Below are positions 9,901 through 21,033 of a stretch of DNA of 64,000 bases, one piece after another. Positions within the stretch are counted from its first letter, which is position 1, and every line of letters begins with the position of its first letter. Under the pieces are notes generated by a model. It was not told the DNA's origin. It did no database searches and saw only the letters and a list, made by a program, of their open reading frames with translations. The stretch comes from Candidatus Levyibacteriota bacterium (GTDB lineage: Bacteria; Patescibacteriota; Microgenomatia; Levybacterales; UBA12049): assembly GCA_003173895.1 (NCBI GenBank), contig PJMG01000022.1, forward strand, positions 67,454-131,453. The letters are read 5' to 3'. Both the position numbers and the translations under genes were made by a program.

Positions 9901-10740
9901 TTATTGTTTTTGAGCATAAGTGGATGAAATCCAACCTGATTTAGCTGATCCTGAAGACAATTTTATTTCATACCATCCTGATTGTTCAGATAGAAGTGGA
10001 TAAATTTCACCTGGATTAACTTCTCCTACCTCATTACCTCCTAGAGAAGGATTATCACGAACACGTAAAAATCCCGTAGGAGTTTCTAAAATTTTTACGC
10101 TTGATTGTGCTACAGTAGGTGATGGACTAGCAATAGGAGATGAGGATACTTTAGAACTTGAATCAGAAGTCGCTAGAAAGATTATCGCATCTAATTTATA
10201 TCCATCTACACTATGAATTTTTATATCCTTATTACTATATCCATCATGTGACACAGTAATATCATGATCAGAAGCTGTAACTGTCTGAGTAAGTGGGGCA
10301 GTACCTGTATTTTCTCCATCTATAGATACTTTAGCACTGTAAGGGAAGGATGCTATAAAAATCTGAGCTTTAGTATTATCCCCTAATTTATCCAGTGTAA
10401 TAACACTACCTGAAGACTTTCCCACAGGTCCAAAAGTACGATCTACTACTGTTAAAACCGAAGGATTTATATCTATTTTATAATCAAATTCCTCTAGTCC
10501 TGATTTCTCAGGAATTAATTTTAAATCATAGCTCTTAACTGGAAGTAAAGCATTAGTATCACAATCACACAAGGGAGTTTCACCTACATATTTTCCATCT
10601 AAATAAACCTTAGATTTAGGAATAGAAGTAACTTGTAGAGCACCTTTACCAGTACTTTTACTATAAAATAAGGCAATTATCAATAAAAATACTCCAATGG
10701 CAAAAATGATAGGAGATAAATAAAAAAGAAATCTTCGCAT
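9901..10740 (-). CDS. membrane-anchored PEGA-domain protein with a C-terminal SH3b-like domain
   Basis: N-terminal TM, two PEGA-like repeats (VYLDGKYVGETPL..., VSIDGENTGTAPL...) and a C-terminal GFLRVRDNPSLGGNEVGEV...GWY SH3_3-like segment. Confidence 0.5.
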   Translation of the reverse strand: MRRFLFYLSPIIFAIGVFLLIIALFYSKSTGKGALQVTSIPKSKVYLDGKYVGETPLCDCDTNALLPVKSYDLKLIPEKSGLEEFDYKIDINPSVLTVVDRTFGPVGKSSGSVITLDKLGDNTKAQIFIASFPYSAKVSIDGENTGTAPLTQTVTASDHDITVSHDGYSNKDIKIHSVDGYKLDAIIFLATSDSSSKVSSSPIASPSPTVAQSSVKILETPTGFLRVRDNPSLGGNEVGEVNPGEIYPLLSEQSGWYEIKLSSGSAKSGWISSTYAQKQ

Positions 10741-10785
10741 ATATCTATTTTAGCAAAGAAAGTAAATTAAAATGAAGGTGAATTT

Positions 10786-10809
10786 ATAAAAAATCCGCTT
10801 TCAAGCGGA
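10786..10809 (-). terminator. rho-independent terminator downstream of groEL
   Basis: Minus-strand hairpin tccgctt-GAAA-agcgga followed by a run of 7-8 T, about 45 nt after the groEL stop. Confidence 0.6.
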
Positions 10810-10851
10810 CTAAATTAGTTTTACCTTTTAAATTTTAATTTCTAAATTATG

Positions 10852-12824
<1,973 letters not shown>

Positions 12825-12894
12825 TTTTTGCTGTTTAATATATATCAAATTATCATTTTTCCTGTCAAGATCCTAAAAAATGAAATGATTAACA

Positions 12895-12924
12895 TTGACA
12901 CACTATCTTATCTTCTTCTACTAT
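12895..12924 (+). promoter_or_regulatory. sigma70-like promoter for the surface-protein gene
   Basis: TTGACA (12895-12900), an 18-nt spacer, then TACTAT (12919-12924), 20 nt upstream of the ATG at 12945. Confidence 0.35.
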
Positions 12925-12944
12925 TAGAATAGTACATTATTTTT

Positions 12945-14105
12945 ATGAAAACCAAACTCATTCTTATAGGTTTTTTAGTTTTAGTTTTGCTAGCTATTCC
13001 ATTAACTATTTTTATCTTACAACAACAAACTCAAACTGCTCAACATGCTGCACCTTCTACTAATATTTCTTTATCTACCACTCAACAGCAGCTAACAGTA
13101 GGACAAAATTTTCAAGTTAATGTAAATATAGATCCAGGAAGTAATCAAATTTCTTTTGTAAAATTAAATATTTCCTACGATAAAACTAAAATTGCTACTG
13201 CTGGCGCTGGAATAACTCCTAACCAAAGTTTAAATTTACAAACACTTGAAGGTCCTACATATACTAACTGTTCTGGTAATACTTGTTATATTAGTGTAGC
13301 TTATGGTATCGCTGCTAATAAGGCTAATGCTATTTCCTCAGCAGATACTTTAGCCACTATTAACTTTACAGCTGTTGCATCTACAACTGACACTGGTTCT
13401 ACTACTGTTGGTTTTGGTAATGGTAACCAAGCTTATTCACTCGCTCCAACAGATCAACCAACTCAAAATGCTATAGTAAATACTCAAAGCCTTCAACTTA
13501 CTATAAATGATGTAGCTAGTCCTACGCCCGCAGAAGCAACTGATACCCCTACACCTGCTACAGTTACTGATACACCAACTCCAGAACAGACAAGTGGTGG
13601 TGGCACCAATGGAGGAGGAGAAAATACTACTCCTACTACTGTAGCTTCTAATAGTTCACTTCTTTGTAATAGCTTAACCGCAGACAATACTAGCAGTCCA
13701 TCTGCACCTTTCACAGTTAATTTCACTGTAATAGGATCAGATACTACTTCTAACGTAAATCAAGTTACACTTAATTTTGGTGACGGAAGCACTCAGGATT
13801 TAACTAGTGGAGGAGGAATCGGAACAGGAAGTATAAATGCTCAAATATCTCACACTTATCCAAATACAGGTATATTTACTTCTTCTGCTATTTTAACTGA
13901 TGATACTGGTGCTACTAGCGATTCTTCATCATGTACTCAAGTCATTACTATTGGCACTAATCAACCAACTAATTCACCTACTCCCACGCTTTCAGGTACA
14001 CCGCTTACAGCTATGAATACAGGCCCTGGTAGCACTTTCTTAATATTGGGTGGAATCGGAAGCATTATAACTATAATTGGCGCTGCAATATTATTTGGGC
14101 TATAA
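12945..14105 (+). CDS. secreted Thr/Pro-rich cell-surface protein with a PKD-like domain and a C-terminal TM anchor
   Basis: Signal peptide, T/P-rich linkers, a PKD-like block (LNFGDGSTQDLTSGGG) and C-terminal NTGPGS followed by a hydrophobic helix. Confidence 0.5.
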   Translation: MKTKLILIGFLVLVLLAIPLTIFILQQQTQTAQHAAPSTNISLSTTQQQLTVGQNFQVNVNIDPGSNQISFVKLNISYDKTKIATAGAGITPNQSLNLQTLEGPTYTNCSGNTCYISVAYGIAANKANAISSADTLATINFTAVASTTDTGSTTVGFGNGNQAYSLAPTDQPTQNAIVNTQSLQLTINDVASPTPAEATDTPTPATVTDTPTPEQTSGGGTNGGGENTTPTTVASNSSLLCNSLTADNTSSPSAPFTVNFTVIGSDTTSNVNQVTLNFGDGSTQDLTSGGGIGTGSINAQISHTYPNTGIFTSSAILTDDTGATSDSSSCTQVITIGTNQPTNSPTPTLSGTPLTAMNTGPGSTFLILGGIGSIITIIGAAILFGL

Positions 14106-14120
14106 ACAAAGAGAGCTATA

Positions 14121-14290
14121 TGTATTTTTAAATAGCATTGAAAATTTGTTATGTTATATTTTGACATTAATAAAAGTTTAATGGCAAATTTTCACGAGTG
14201 AGAGAAGGATTAAAGTTTTAAATTACAAATAATGTTAGCGAACGCCTATTTAAAAATATATTCTGCGAGATTAGAAAAAGTTAGATAATT
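14121..14290. repeat. intergenic mosaic repeat element, copy A (segments P1, P2 and P3)
   Basis: Contains ttttaaatagcattgaaa (P1), cattaataaaagtttaatggcaaattttcacgag (P2) and ttagcgaacgcctatttaaaa-tata (P3). P1 and P3 recur at 57341-57445 and P2 recurs at 50180-50320. Confidence 0.5.
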
Positions 14291-14301
14291 TTTATAGAAT
14301 T

Positions 14302-16035
14302 TTAATTCTTAATCATCGAGAATAGTACATTTTGAGGAATTTCTACTTTAGAAATACCTAGCATTTTCTTTTTACCTTTTTTCTGCGCTTCAAGTAATTT
14401 ATCTTTTCTGGTTCTATCTCCACCACTCATTTTAGCCAAAACATCTTTTCTAAAAGGTGGGATTTCTTCTCTGGCTAAAATTCTAGCTCCAATAGCACAT
14501 TGAATAATTTGTCTAAACTGCTGGCGTGGTAAGAGTTCTTTTAATTTTTCTCCCTTTTCTCGTGCTACATATTCAGCTTCATCTCTATAAGTTTTTTCTG
14601 ATAAAACATCTATTACTTCTCCATTTATCATCACATCAATATCCACTAAATCCGCTGCTCTAAAATCAATCAATTCATAATCTATAGAAGCAAAACCAGA
14701 AGTTACAGATTTTAACTCATTAGAAACGCCTTTTAAAAATTTAGAAAGTGGCATATCATAACTGATAATTACATTATCATCTGAATAAGAAATATCCAGC
14801 ATTATGCCACGAGCTTTCTGGCAAACTGTCATTACAGATCCAACATATTCCTTAGGTGCATAAACGTTAAGTTGTATAAATGGTTCTAAATATTCATCAA
14901 TTTTTTTCTCATACTCTACATGCGGAACGGTAAATAAAGGATCTAAACCAAATTCTTGATTTAATCTTTCTTTAAAAATTTCAGCATGTAAAAGTCCTAA
15001 AAAACCTACTCTAAAGCCGCTACCTAAAAAATTAGAATATTCCTCAGAGAAACTTATAGAAGCATCTGTAAGAGATAATTTTTCAATAGCCATTCTTAAA
15101 TTCACTAAATCGTCAGTAGTTTTAGGATAGACGCCGAAAAAAACTAATGGTTTAGCAGGATTATAACCAGGAAGAGCCTGAATATTTTTACCGAACAACC
15201 CAACAGTTTCTCCGACTCTAACTAATCTAATATCTTTAACTCCTGTAACTATGTAACCAATTTCTCCACTTTCTAATTCGTTAGAAGAAATTAAATTAGG
15301 TTTAAAAATTCCTACTTCTATTACGTGAGCATTAGTATTAGTTTGAACAAATTTTAATTCGTCGTTTTTCTTAACTTTGCCATCTACTATTTTTACAAAG
15401 GCCACCACTCCTCGATGTTCATCATAAACTGCATCAAAAATAAGCGCTCGAAGATCATTAGTTAGCTCACCTAAAGGAGAAGGAATAATTTGAATTACTT
15501 TTTCTAGTAAATATTTTACATTTTCGCCAGTCCGAGCAGAAATAGAAATAATTTCATCTTTATTAAATCCTAAATTTTCTATTTGTCTTTTTACTTTTTC
15601 TACTTCTGCTAAAGGTGAGTCAATTTTATTAATTACAGGAATTATGACTAAATTTTGTTTCTGAGCCTCGCGAAGATGAGCGATAGTCTGAGCTTGTACT
15701 CCTTGAGTCGCATCAATTAATAGAACCGCTCCCTCACAAGCCGCCAAGGTTCTAGACACTTCATAAGAAAAATCTACATGCCCAGGAGTATCAATCAAAT
15801 TCAATACAAAAGTCGACTCTGAAATTTCTGGTTTGTATTCCATACGAACTGGTGCTAGTTTTATAGTAATTCCCCGTTCACGAGAAATGGGATTTTGGTC
15901 TAAAAATTGTTCTTGTTTAGCAATTTTAGTTTTATCAATAGTTCCAGTTAGTTCTAAAAACCTATCTGATAAAGTAGATTTTCCATGATCTACATGAGCA
16001 ATAATCGCGAAATTTCTAATATTAGTTTTATTCAT
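14302..16035 (-). CDS. lepA: elongation factor 4 (LepA)
   Basis: IRNFAIIAHVDHGKSTLSDR G1 motif, DTPGHVDF, NKID, and the LepA-specific C-terminal domain. Confidence 0.95.
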   Translation of the reverse strand: MNKTNIRNFAIIAHVDHGKSTLSDRFLELTGTIDKTKIAKQEQFLDQNPISRERGITIKLAPVRMEYKPEISESTFVLNLIDTPGHVDFSYEVSRTLAACEGAVLLIDATQGVQAQTIAHLREAQKQNLVIIPVINKIDSPLAEVEKVKRQIENLGFNKDEIISISARTGENVKYLLEKVIQIIPSPLGELTNDLRALIFDAVYDEHRGVVAFVKIVDGKVKKNDELKFVQTNTNAHVIEVGIFKPNLISSNELESGEIGYIVTGVKDIRLVRVGETVGLFGKNIQALPGYNPAKPLVFFGVYPKTTDDLVNLRMAIEKLSLTDASISFSEEYSNFLGSGFRVGFLGLLHAEIFKERLNQEFGLDPLFTVPHVEYEKKIDEYLEPFIQLNVYAPKEYVGSVMTVCQKARGIMLDISYSDDNVIISYDMPLSKFLKGVSNELKSVTSGFASIDYELIDFRAADLVDIDVMINGEVIDVLSEKTYRDEAEYVAREKGEKLKELLPRQQFRQIIQCAIGARILAREEIPPFRKDVLAKMSGGDRTRKDKLLEAQKKGKKKMLGISKVEIPQNVLFSMIKN

Positions 16036-16076
16036 AAGTGGAGTATACCAAAAGAAAGCCTGATAAGGCCAATTAA

Positions 16077-17735
16077 TTAAACTTTAACTCTAGCGGGGTC
16101 CGCGACTGCATCTGTTTTACGAAGAATATCTTTAGCATTACCAATTTTTTTGAAGAGTAAAATAAAAGTCGATGCTTCTTTTACATTTAAAAACCAAGTT
16201 AAAAATAAGTAAATAGCAAAACCACAAGCACTTGAAACTCCTGTTAACATAAGTAAATTTATAGTTTTAGTAGTATCAAAAACTAACTGATCTAAAAGTT
16301 TTATAGGAATATAGAGTGCTATTCCTAAACAGAAAGCGGCAAAGAAAATTTTCCACGAACTTTTCATGAATAAAAGATTTTTAAATCCGCCAACAGAATA
16401 ATTTAAACAAATTATAAGAATAATAAAATTAATTAAATTGGATAATGTATAAAACCAGGCTACTGTTTGAATATTTCCTTTAAAATAAAAGATAGTAATA
16501 AATGAACCTACTAGCATAACTACTGTAGCAATCATCCCTGCTATTAAGGGAGTCCGAGTGTCATGAAGTGCATAAAAAGCTTTAGAAATAAGATAAATTA
16601 AACTTTGAGCAAAAAGTGAAATAGAAAGAATTGCTAAAGTTTTACCCGTTAAAACAGTAGCTTCCCAATCAAATCGGTAAGCCCCATAAATCAATCTTAC
16701 AACTGGAATTCTTAGAACAATTAAAACTACTGAAAGAGGTAAAACTAAATATAACATTTGAGTAAAGCTAGAAGAAAAGGTAGCTTTAAACTCATCTAAT
16801 TTATTTCTCTCTCGAGAAAGAATTGGAAATGCGGCTTGGGATAAACTTTGACCAATTAAACCCACAGGAGCAAAAGCTAAAATTAATGCATAATCAAAAA
16901 TTGCATAGGAACGTCCAGCATCATGTAAAAAAGAAATTAAAAATAATGTAATAATTGTTCCTATTTGGGAAATAGCTAGATAAGTAGTTCTGGGCCACAT
17001 AAGATTAAATATTTGTTTAAAGCCAAAATTTTTAAAATCAAAATTAACATTTAACTTGAAACCTACTATTTTTACGAATGGAATTTGAAGTATTGCGAAT
17101 AATAAAGATCCTATTATTACACCAATAGCTGGAGCATAAATCCCAAAATTTTTATAAAAAAGTATTATTCCTAATATAATGCCTAAATTATAAAAAGAAG
17201 CCGCTATACCTGTAATAAAAAAATGATTGTAGCACTGAAGTATAGCGGAGAAAAAAGAAGCAAGCATAAAAATTATTTCACCCAGTATTATTATTCGCAT
17301 TAAATTCGACATTAAATTAAGATCAGTACTAGAAAACCCAGGAGCCACTATATAAACAAAGAATGGCGAAAAAATAAAAAGAATTATAGAAATGACTAAG
17401 AAAATTAAAATTCCAATTGTTATAAATGAAGAAGCGAATTTAAATCCTTCTTTTTCTTCATTTTTAGATAAAAAATCTGCAAAAATAGGGATGAAAGAAG
17501 AAGAAATCGCTCCTGCTATAATTACTTGAAATAAAAGATCAGGTAATCTGCTAGATGCTAGATAAACACCTAAAGAATTTGATGCTCCATAAATTCCGAC
17601 TAATAATCTCTGTCTAAAAAGTCCTAGAATTTGAGAGAAAATTACAGTTCCCATGAGGACAAAAGCCGCTGACAAAATATTGGTTTGCCGGCGAAGTAAA
17701 ATATTGAGCCCCTTTTTTAAAAGATCTGTTGGCAT
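16077..17735 (-). CDS. murJ: lipid II flippase MurJ (MviN family)
   Basis: 552 aa with about 14 TM helices and MurJ/MOP-family composition. Conserved R/E-containing central cavity helices. Confidence 0.8.
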   Translation of the reverse strand: MPTDLLKKGLNILLRRQTNILSAAFVLMGTVIFSQILGLFRQRLLVGIYGASNSLGVYLASSRLPDLLFQVIIAGAISSSFIPIFADFLSKNEEKEGFKFASSFITIGILIFLVISIILFIFSPFFVYIVAPGFSSTDLNLMSNLMRIIILGEIIFMLASFFSAILQCYNHFFITGIAASFYNLGIILGIILFYKNFGIYAPAIGVIIGSLLFAILQIPFVKIVGFKLNVNFDFKNFGFKQIFNLMWPRTTYLAISQIGTIITLFLISFLHDAGRSYAIFDYALILAFAPVGLIGQSLSQAAFPILSRERNKLDEFKATFSSSFTQMLYLVLPLSVVLIVLRIPVVRLIYGAYRFDWEATVLTGKTLAILSISLFAQSLIYLISKAFYALHDTRTPLIAGMIATVVMLVGSFITIFYFKGNIQTVAWFYTLSNLINFIILIICLNYSVGGFKNLLFMKSSWKIFFAAFCLGIALYIPIKLLDQLVFDTTKTINLLMLTGVSSACGFAIYLFLTWFLNVKEASTFILLFKKIGNAKDILRKTDAVADPARVKV

Positions 17736-17769
17736 TGTGATTTAAAGTATAACATGCTAAAATATCCAT

Positions 17770-18081
17770 ATGCCAGTAATTAAATCTGCTATTAAAAAAT
17801 TAAGAAAAGACATTAAGCGTGAGAAAGCTAATAGTAACTTTGAAAAAATGCTTAAAGATGCTATTAAGAAAACTAAAAAAAGTTTAACAGATAAAAATAT
17901 CGCTAATCTTTTTTCATTAGCTGATAAAGCTGCTAAAAAGCATATTATTCATAAAAACAAAGCATCTAGAATTAAATCTAGAATCTCTAAACTGTTAACA
18001 GTAAAAAGTCCAAAAACAGAAACTAAAGTAGTCGCTAAAAAAACAACTAAAAAGAAAACTTCAAAAACCGCTAAAAAATAA
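17770..18081 (+). CDS. rpsT: 30S ribosomal protein S20 with a Lys-rich C-terminal extension
   Basis: MPVIKSAIKKLRKDIKREKANS... matches the S20 N-terminal pattern. Basic helical protein. Confidence 0.8.
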   Translation: MPVIKSAIKKLRKDIKREKANSNFEKMLKDAIKKTKKSLTDKNIANLFSLADKAAKKHIIHKNKASRIKSRISKLLTVKSPKTETKVVAKKTTKKKTSKTAKK

Positions 18082-18123
18082 ATCTTCTTTGACAAAGTTA
18101 CTCAAACAAAATACACTAAAATT

Positions 18124-18675
18124 GTGCCGGGAAATGTTTCAATTAACCTCGCTAGGAAAAGAAAAAAAAACTATGTAGACCAATTTATAAGTTGGTCTTT
18201 AACCATAGGTCGTCTTATTGTAATTTTAACTGAAGTTTTAGCGCTTTCTGCTTTTATTTATAGATTTGGTTTAGACAGACAGTTAGTAAATCTACATGAC
18301 AGAATAGTCCAGGAACAAGCTATAGTATCTTTTTTAAAGAAAAATGAGACTACTTATCGTAATCTTCAAGATCGACTATCTCTAGCCCAAAAGGTAACAG
18401 CTGCTCAAGATAATAATATACAGATTTATGATGAGGTAAAAAGTCTTATACCTACTGATTTTGATGTCCAAAATTTCACTTTTTCACTGGATAGTATCAA
18501 AATTACAGCAGCTACAAGTTCCGTGGCATCTTTGGGTGATTTCGTGAATGCTGTTAAAAATAATTCTGAAGTTAGTAGTGTTAGTATAGATGATATAGAA
18601 AATAGAACTGGATATTCCACCATTCAAATATCTTTAACCATTTATTTAAAAACTAATCAAGCAAAAAATCTATGA
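18124..18675 (+). CDS. type IV pilus assembly protein PilN-like
   Basis: N-terminal VSINLARKRKK (INLLP-like), a single TM, then a coiled coil and a fimbrial-assembly-like periplasmic domain. Confidence 0.5.
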   Translation: MPGNVSINLARKRKKNYVDQFISWSLTIGRLIVILTEVLALSAFIYRFGLDRQLVNLHDRIVQEQAIVSFLKKNETTYRNLQDRLSLAQKVTAAQDNNIQIYDEVKSLIPTDFDVQNFTFSLDSIKITAATSSVASLGDFVNAVKNNSEVSSVSIDDIENRTGYSTIQISLTIYLKTNQAKNL

Positions 18676-19283
18676 CGTTAAAAAATAATTTAAATTTACA
18701 AATAGCAAAAAGTATAAATTTTAGTCAGATTTTTCCTAGAATTAAAGAGGAAAGAACCAGAAATTTTGCTACTATTAGTATGTCACTTTTAGCAGTAATG
18801 TTTTTTGGTATTTTTGCTATAAGTCCGACTTTTGGTACTATTTCTCAGATTAATAAACAAATACAAGACGATCAATTTTTAGATACACAATTAACTGCAA
18901 AAATTACTAATCTAACTCGTCTTCAAGAACAATATGTCCTTTTACAGAATTCAATTCCTATAATTGAAACTGCCATACCCACTACTGCGCAAACCACATT
19001 ATTCTTGGCTCAACTTCAAGCTGTAGCACAGGAAAGTAATGTTCAATTAAGTAGAGCTCAAATTTTACCAGTAGAAGTTTCTATAGGCAATTCTACTAAT
19101 TATAATTCTTTTGCTTTTTCTGTAGATGCTGTAGGATCAAAATCAACTATTGATGATTTTTTGAAAAATTTAAGTAATTTTAATAGGCTTATTCTTATAA
19201 CCGATTTTTCTATAGTTGAAGAATCTAGTGATATAAATCAATCTAGAATAGATATTAAAGGCAAAGCATTTTTTAAATCATAA
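18672..19283 (+). CDS. type IV pilus assembly protein PilO-like
   Basis: Short cytoplasmic N-terminus, TM, coiled coil and C-terminal domain. Translationally coupled to the PilN-like gene with a 4-nt overlap. Confidence 0.45.
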   Translation: MTLKNNLNLQIAKSINFSQIFPRIKEERTRNFATISMSLLAVMFFGIFAISPTFGTISQINKQIQDDQFLDTQLTAKITNLTRLQEQYVLLQNSIPIIETAIPTTAQTTLFLAQLQAVAQESNVQLSRAQILPVEVSIGNSTNYNSFAFSVDAVGSKSTIDDFLKNLSNFNRLILITDFSIVEESSDINQSRIDIKGKAFFKS

Positions 19284-19285
19284 AT

Positions 19286-19639
19286 ATGAAAAGAACTGAT
19301 TTTTTCTTGATACTAATTGGAGGAACTATTATAGTTATTGCTTGGATAGCATTTTCAGTGGTTCATAATTTACAAACATCTACATTATCAAATGAAAGCG
19401 TAAGCCAAACATTACCTATTGCACCAAATTTTGATACGAATACAATAAATAAAATAAAAGATAGAAATATGGTAACTCCTCAATTTAATTTAGGTAATGT
19501 TAGTGCTAGCCAAGCTGGCATTTTACCTACACCTACACCCACACCCACACCTGTTTTGACGCCACTACCGACTATAGTAATTAATCAAAGTTTGAATCCG
19601 CCGACTGAAGTATCAACAGAAGGAGGAACAACACAATGA
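19286..19639 (+). CDS. hypothetical membrane-anchored Thr/Pro-rich protein
   Basis: N-terminal TM, TPTPTPTP linker, and a 4-nt overlap with the next gene. Confidence 0.4.
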   Translation: MKRTDFFLILIGGTIIVIAWIAFSVVHNLQTSTLSNESVSQTLPIAPNFDTNTINKIKDRNMVTPQFNLGNVSASQAGILPTPTPTPTPVLTPLPTIVINQSLNPPTEVSTEGGTTQ

Positions 19640-21033
19640 CGCTAAAAAATTTTTGGGATAAAAAAATCCCAACTTTATTAGGAATTTTCTTAATTGCTGT
19701 TGCTGTAGGTTTAACCTCATATTTAGCACAAATTGGTGTATTACCATTTTTAAATGCAGCACCGAGCGAAACTCCTACAGATATAAGAATAACTAATATT
19801 AGTGATTTTGCTTTTACAGTAACTTATAAAACTGCTGATAGCGTAATTGGAACTATTTCATATGGAACAGATAAAAAATTAGGACAAATAGCTTTAGATG
19901 ATAGAGACCAAAAATCTGGTAATCCCCAAAATTATAATTTACACAGCATAACTGTTAGACAATTATCTGCATCTACCACTTATTATTTTTCTATTCTCTC
20001 AGGTAAAACTACCTTTTTAAATAATAATCAGGATTTTACAGTTACTACAGGACCTAAGGTAAATAGAACTCCTAGTGATGTACCACCTGTAAGTGGAAAA
20101 ATCATTTTACCCACTGGCGAAATTCCAACTGAAAGTTTAGTTTTTGTTAAAACTGCAGCTAGCCAATTATTATCCACTTTAACTAACTCAGCAGGAATTT
20201 ATATTCTACCCATAAATACTCTACGTACATCTGATTTAACAGATTATGCTGCTATAACCAGTGGTACTGCATTTTATATTTTAGCCAATGATAATACTTA
20301 TTCATCTACTGCACTTTGGAGTGGAGATACTTCATCTCCTGTACCACTATTAACATTAGGTAATAACTATGATTTTACCGCTAGTTCTACTGCTATAGCA
20401 TCTACAGCAGCTCTACCTATTGGTTTTCCACAGTTTAATTTAGATACTAGCCTTAATGCTACACCACTCGTGGAAAGTCCTACTGATAATGAAAGTTTTT
20501 CTGATCAACAACCACTTTTTGCTGGTAAAGCTCTACCTAATAGTACTGTAGAAATTACTATTCATTCAGATCAAGCTATAAAAACTCAAGTCACTTCAGA
20601 TAAAAATGGAAATTGGATTTATAGACCTACCACACCGCTTTCTCCAGGACAACATACTCTAACTATAACTACGACTAATCAAAATGGGATATTACAAACT
20701 ATTGAAAAAACATTTACTATTTTCTCATCAGGCACACAGGTAGCTCAAGCTGCTACTCCATCTGCTACTCCAACTTCTAAACCTACTCCCACACTAATAC
20801 CAACAGTAACTGTAGCACCCACTAATACTCCTACATTAACATCAGTCCCTACTCCAACTTTAACACTAATTCCTACAACAACTAATAATACTATTAGTTC
20901 ACCTACGCCTACTGTAGCTACAAAACTACCTCCTACTGGAAATAATTCCAGTATAACTATTGGTATAATAGGCCTCTTAGGAACTCTCGCTGGAATAGCT
21001 TTATTCTTAGCATCGAAAGGTTCCGCTTTATGA
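19636..21033 (+). CDS. LPXTG-anchored cell-surface protein with FN3/Ig-like repeats
   Basis: N-terminal TM/signal, FN3-like block (DIRITNISDFAFTVTYKT), and C-terminal LPPTGN plus hydrophobic helix plus SKGSAL tail, which is a sortase sorting signal. Confidence 0.55.
   Translation: MTLKNFWDKKIPTLLGIFLIAVAVGLTSYLAQIGVLPFLNAAPSETPTDIRITNISDFAFTVTYKTADSVIGTISYGTDKKLGQIALDDRDQKSGNPQNYNLHSITVRQLSASTTYYFSILSGKTTFLNNNQDFTVTTGPKVNRTPSDVPPVSGKIILPTGEIPTESLVFVKTAASQLLSTLTNSAGIYILPINTLRTSDLTDYAAITSGTAFYILANDNTYSSTALWSGDTSSPVPLLTLGNNYDFTASSTAIASTAALPIGFPQFNLDTSLNATPLVESPTDNESFSDQQPLFAGKALPNSTVEITIHSDQAIKTQVTSDKNGNWIYRPTTPLSPGQHTLTITTTNQNGILQTIEKTFTIFSSGTQVAQAATPSATPTSKPTPTLIPTVTVAPTNTPTLTSVPTPTLTLIPTTTNNTISSPTPTVATKLPPTGNNSSITIGIIGLLGTLAGIALFLASKGSAL

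Noticed and set aside
12849-12944. Search for a CIRCE/HrcA operator (TTAGCACTC-N9-GAGTGCTAA) upstream of groES
   Set aside because: No such inverted repeat is present. Only a sigma70-like -35/-10 pair was seen, so heat-shock control here is not CIRCE-type as far as I can tell.
13493-14167. Minus-strand ORFs of 77 and 68 aa overlapping the surface-protein gene
   Set aside because: Antisense of a T/P-rich repeat region. No start or RBS context.
18426-18623. 65-aa minus-strand ORF inside the pilN-like gene
   Set aside because: Antisense shadow ORF.
19500-20950. Short tandem repeats acacc(t/c)aca encoding TPTPTP linkers
   Set aside because: This is coding low-complexity linker sequence in surface proteins, not CRISPR, a MITE or a mobile repeat.
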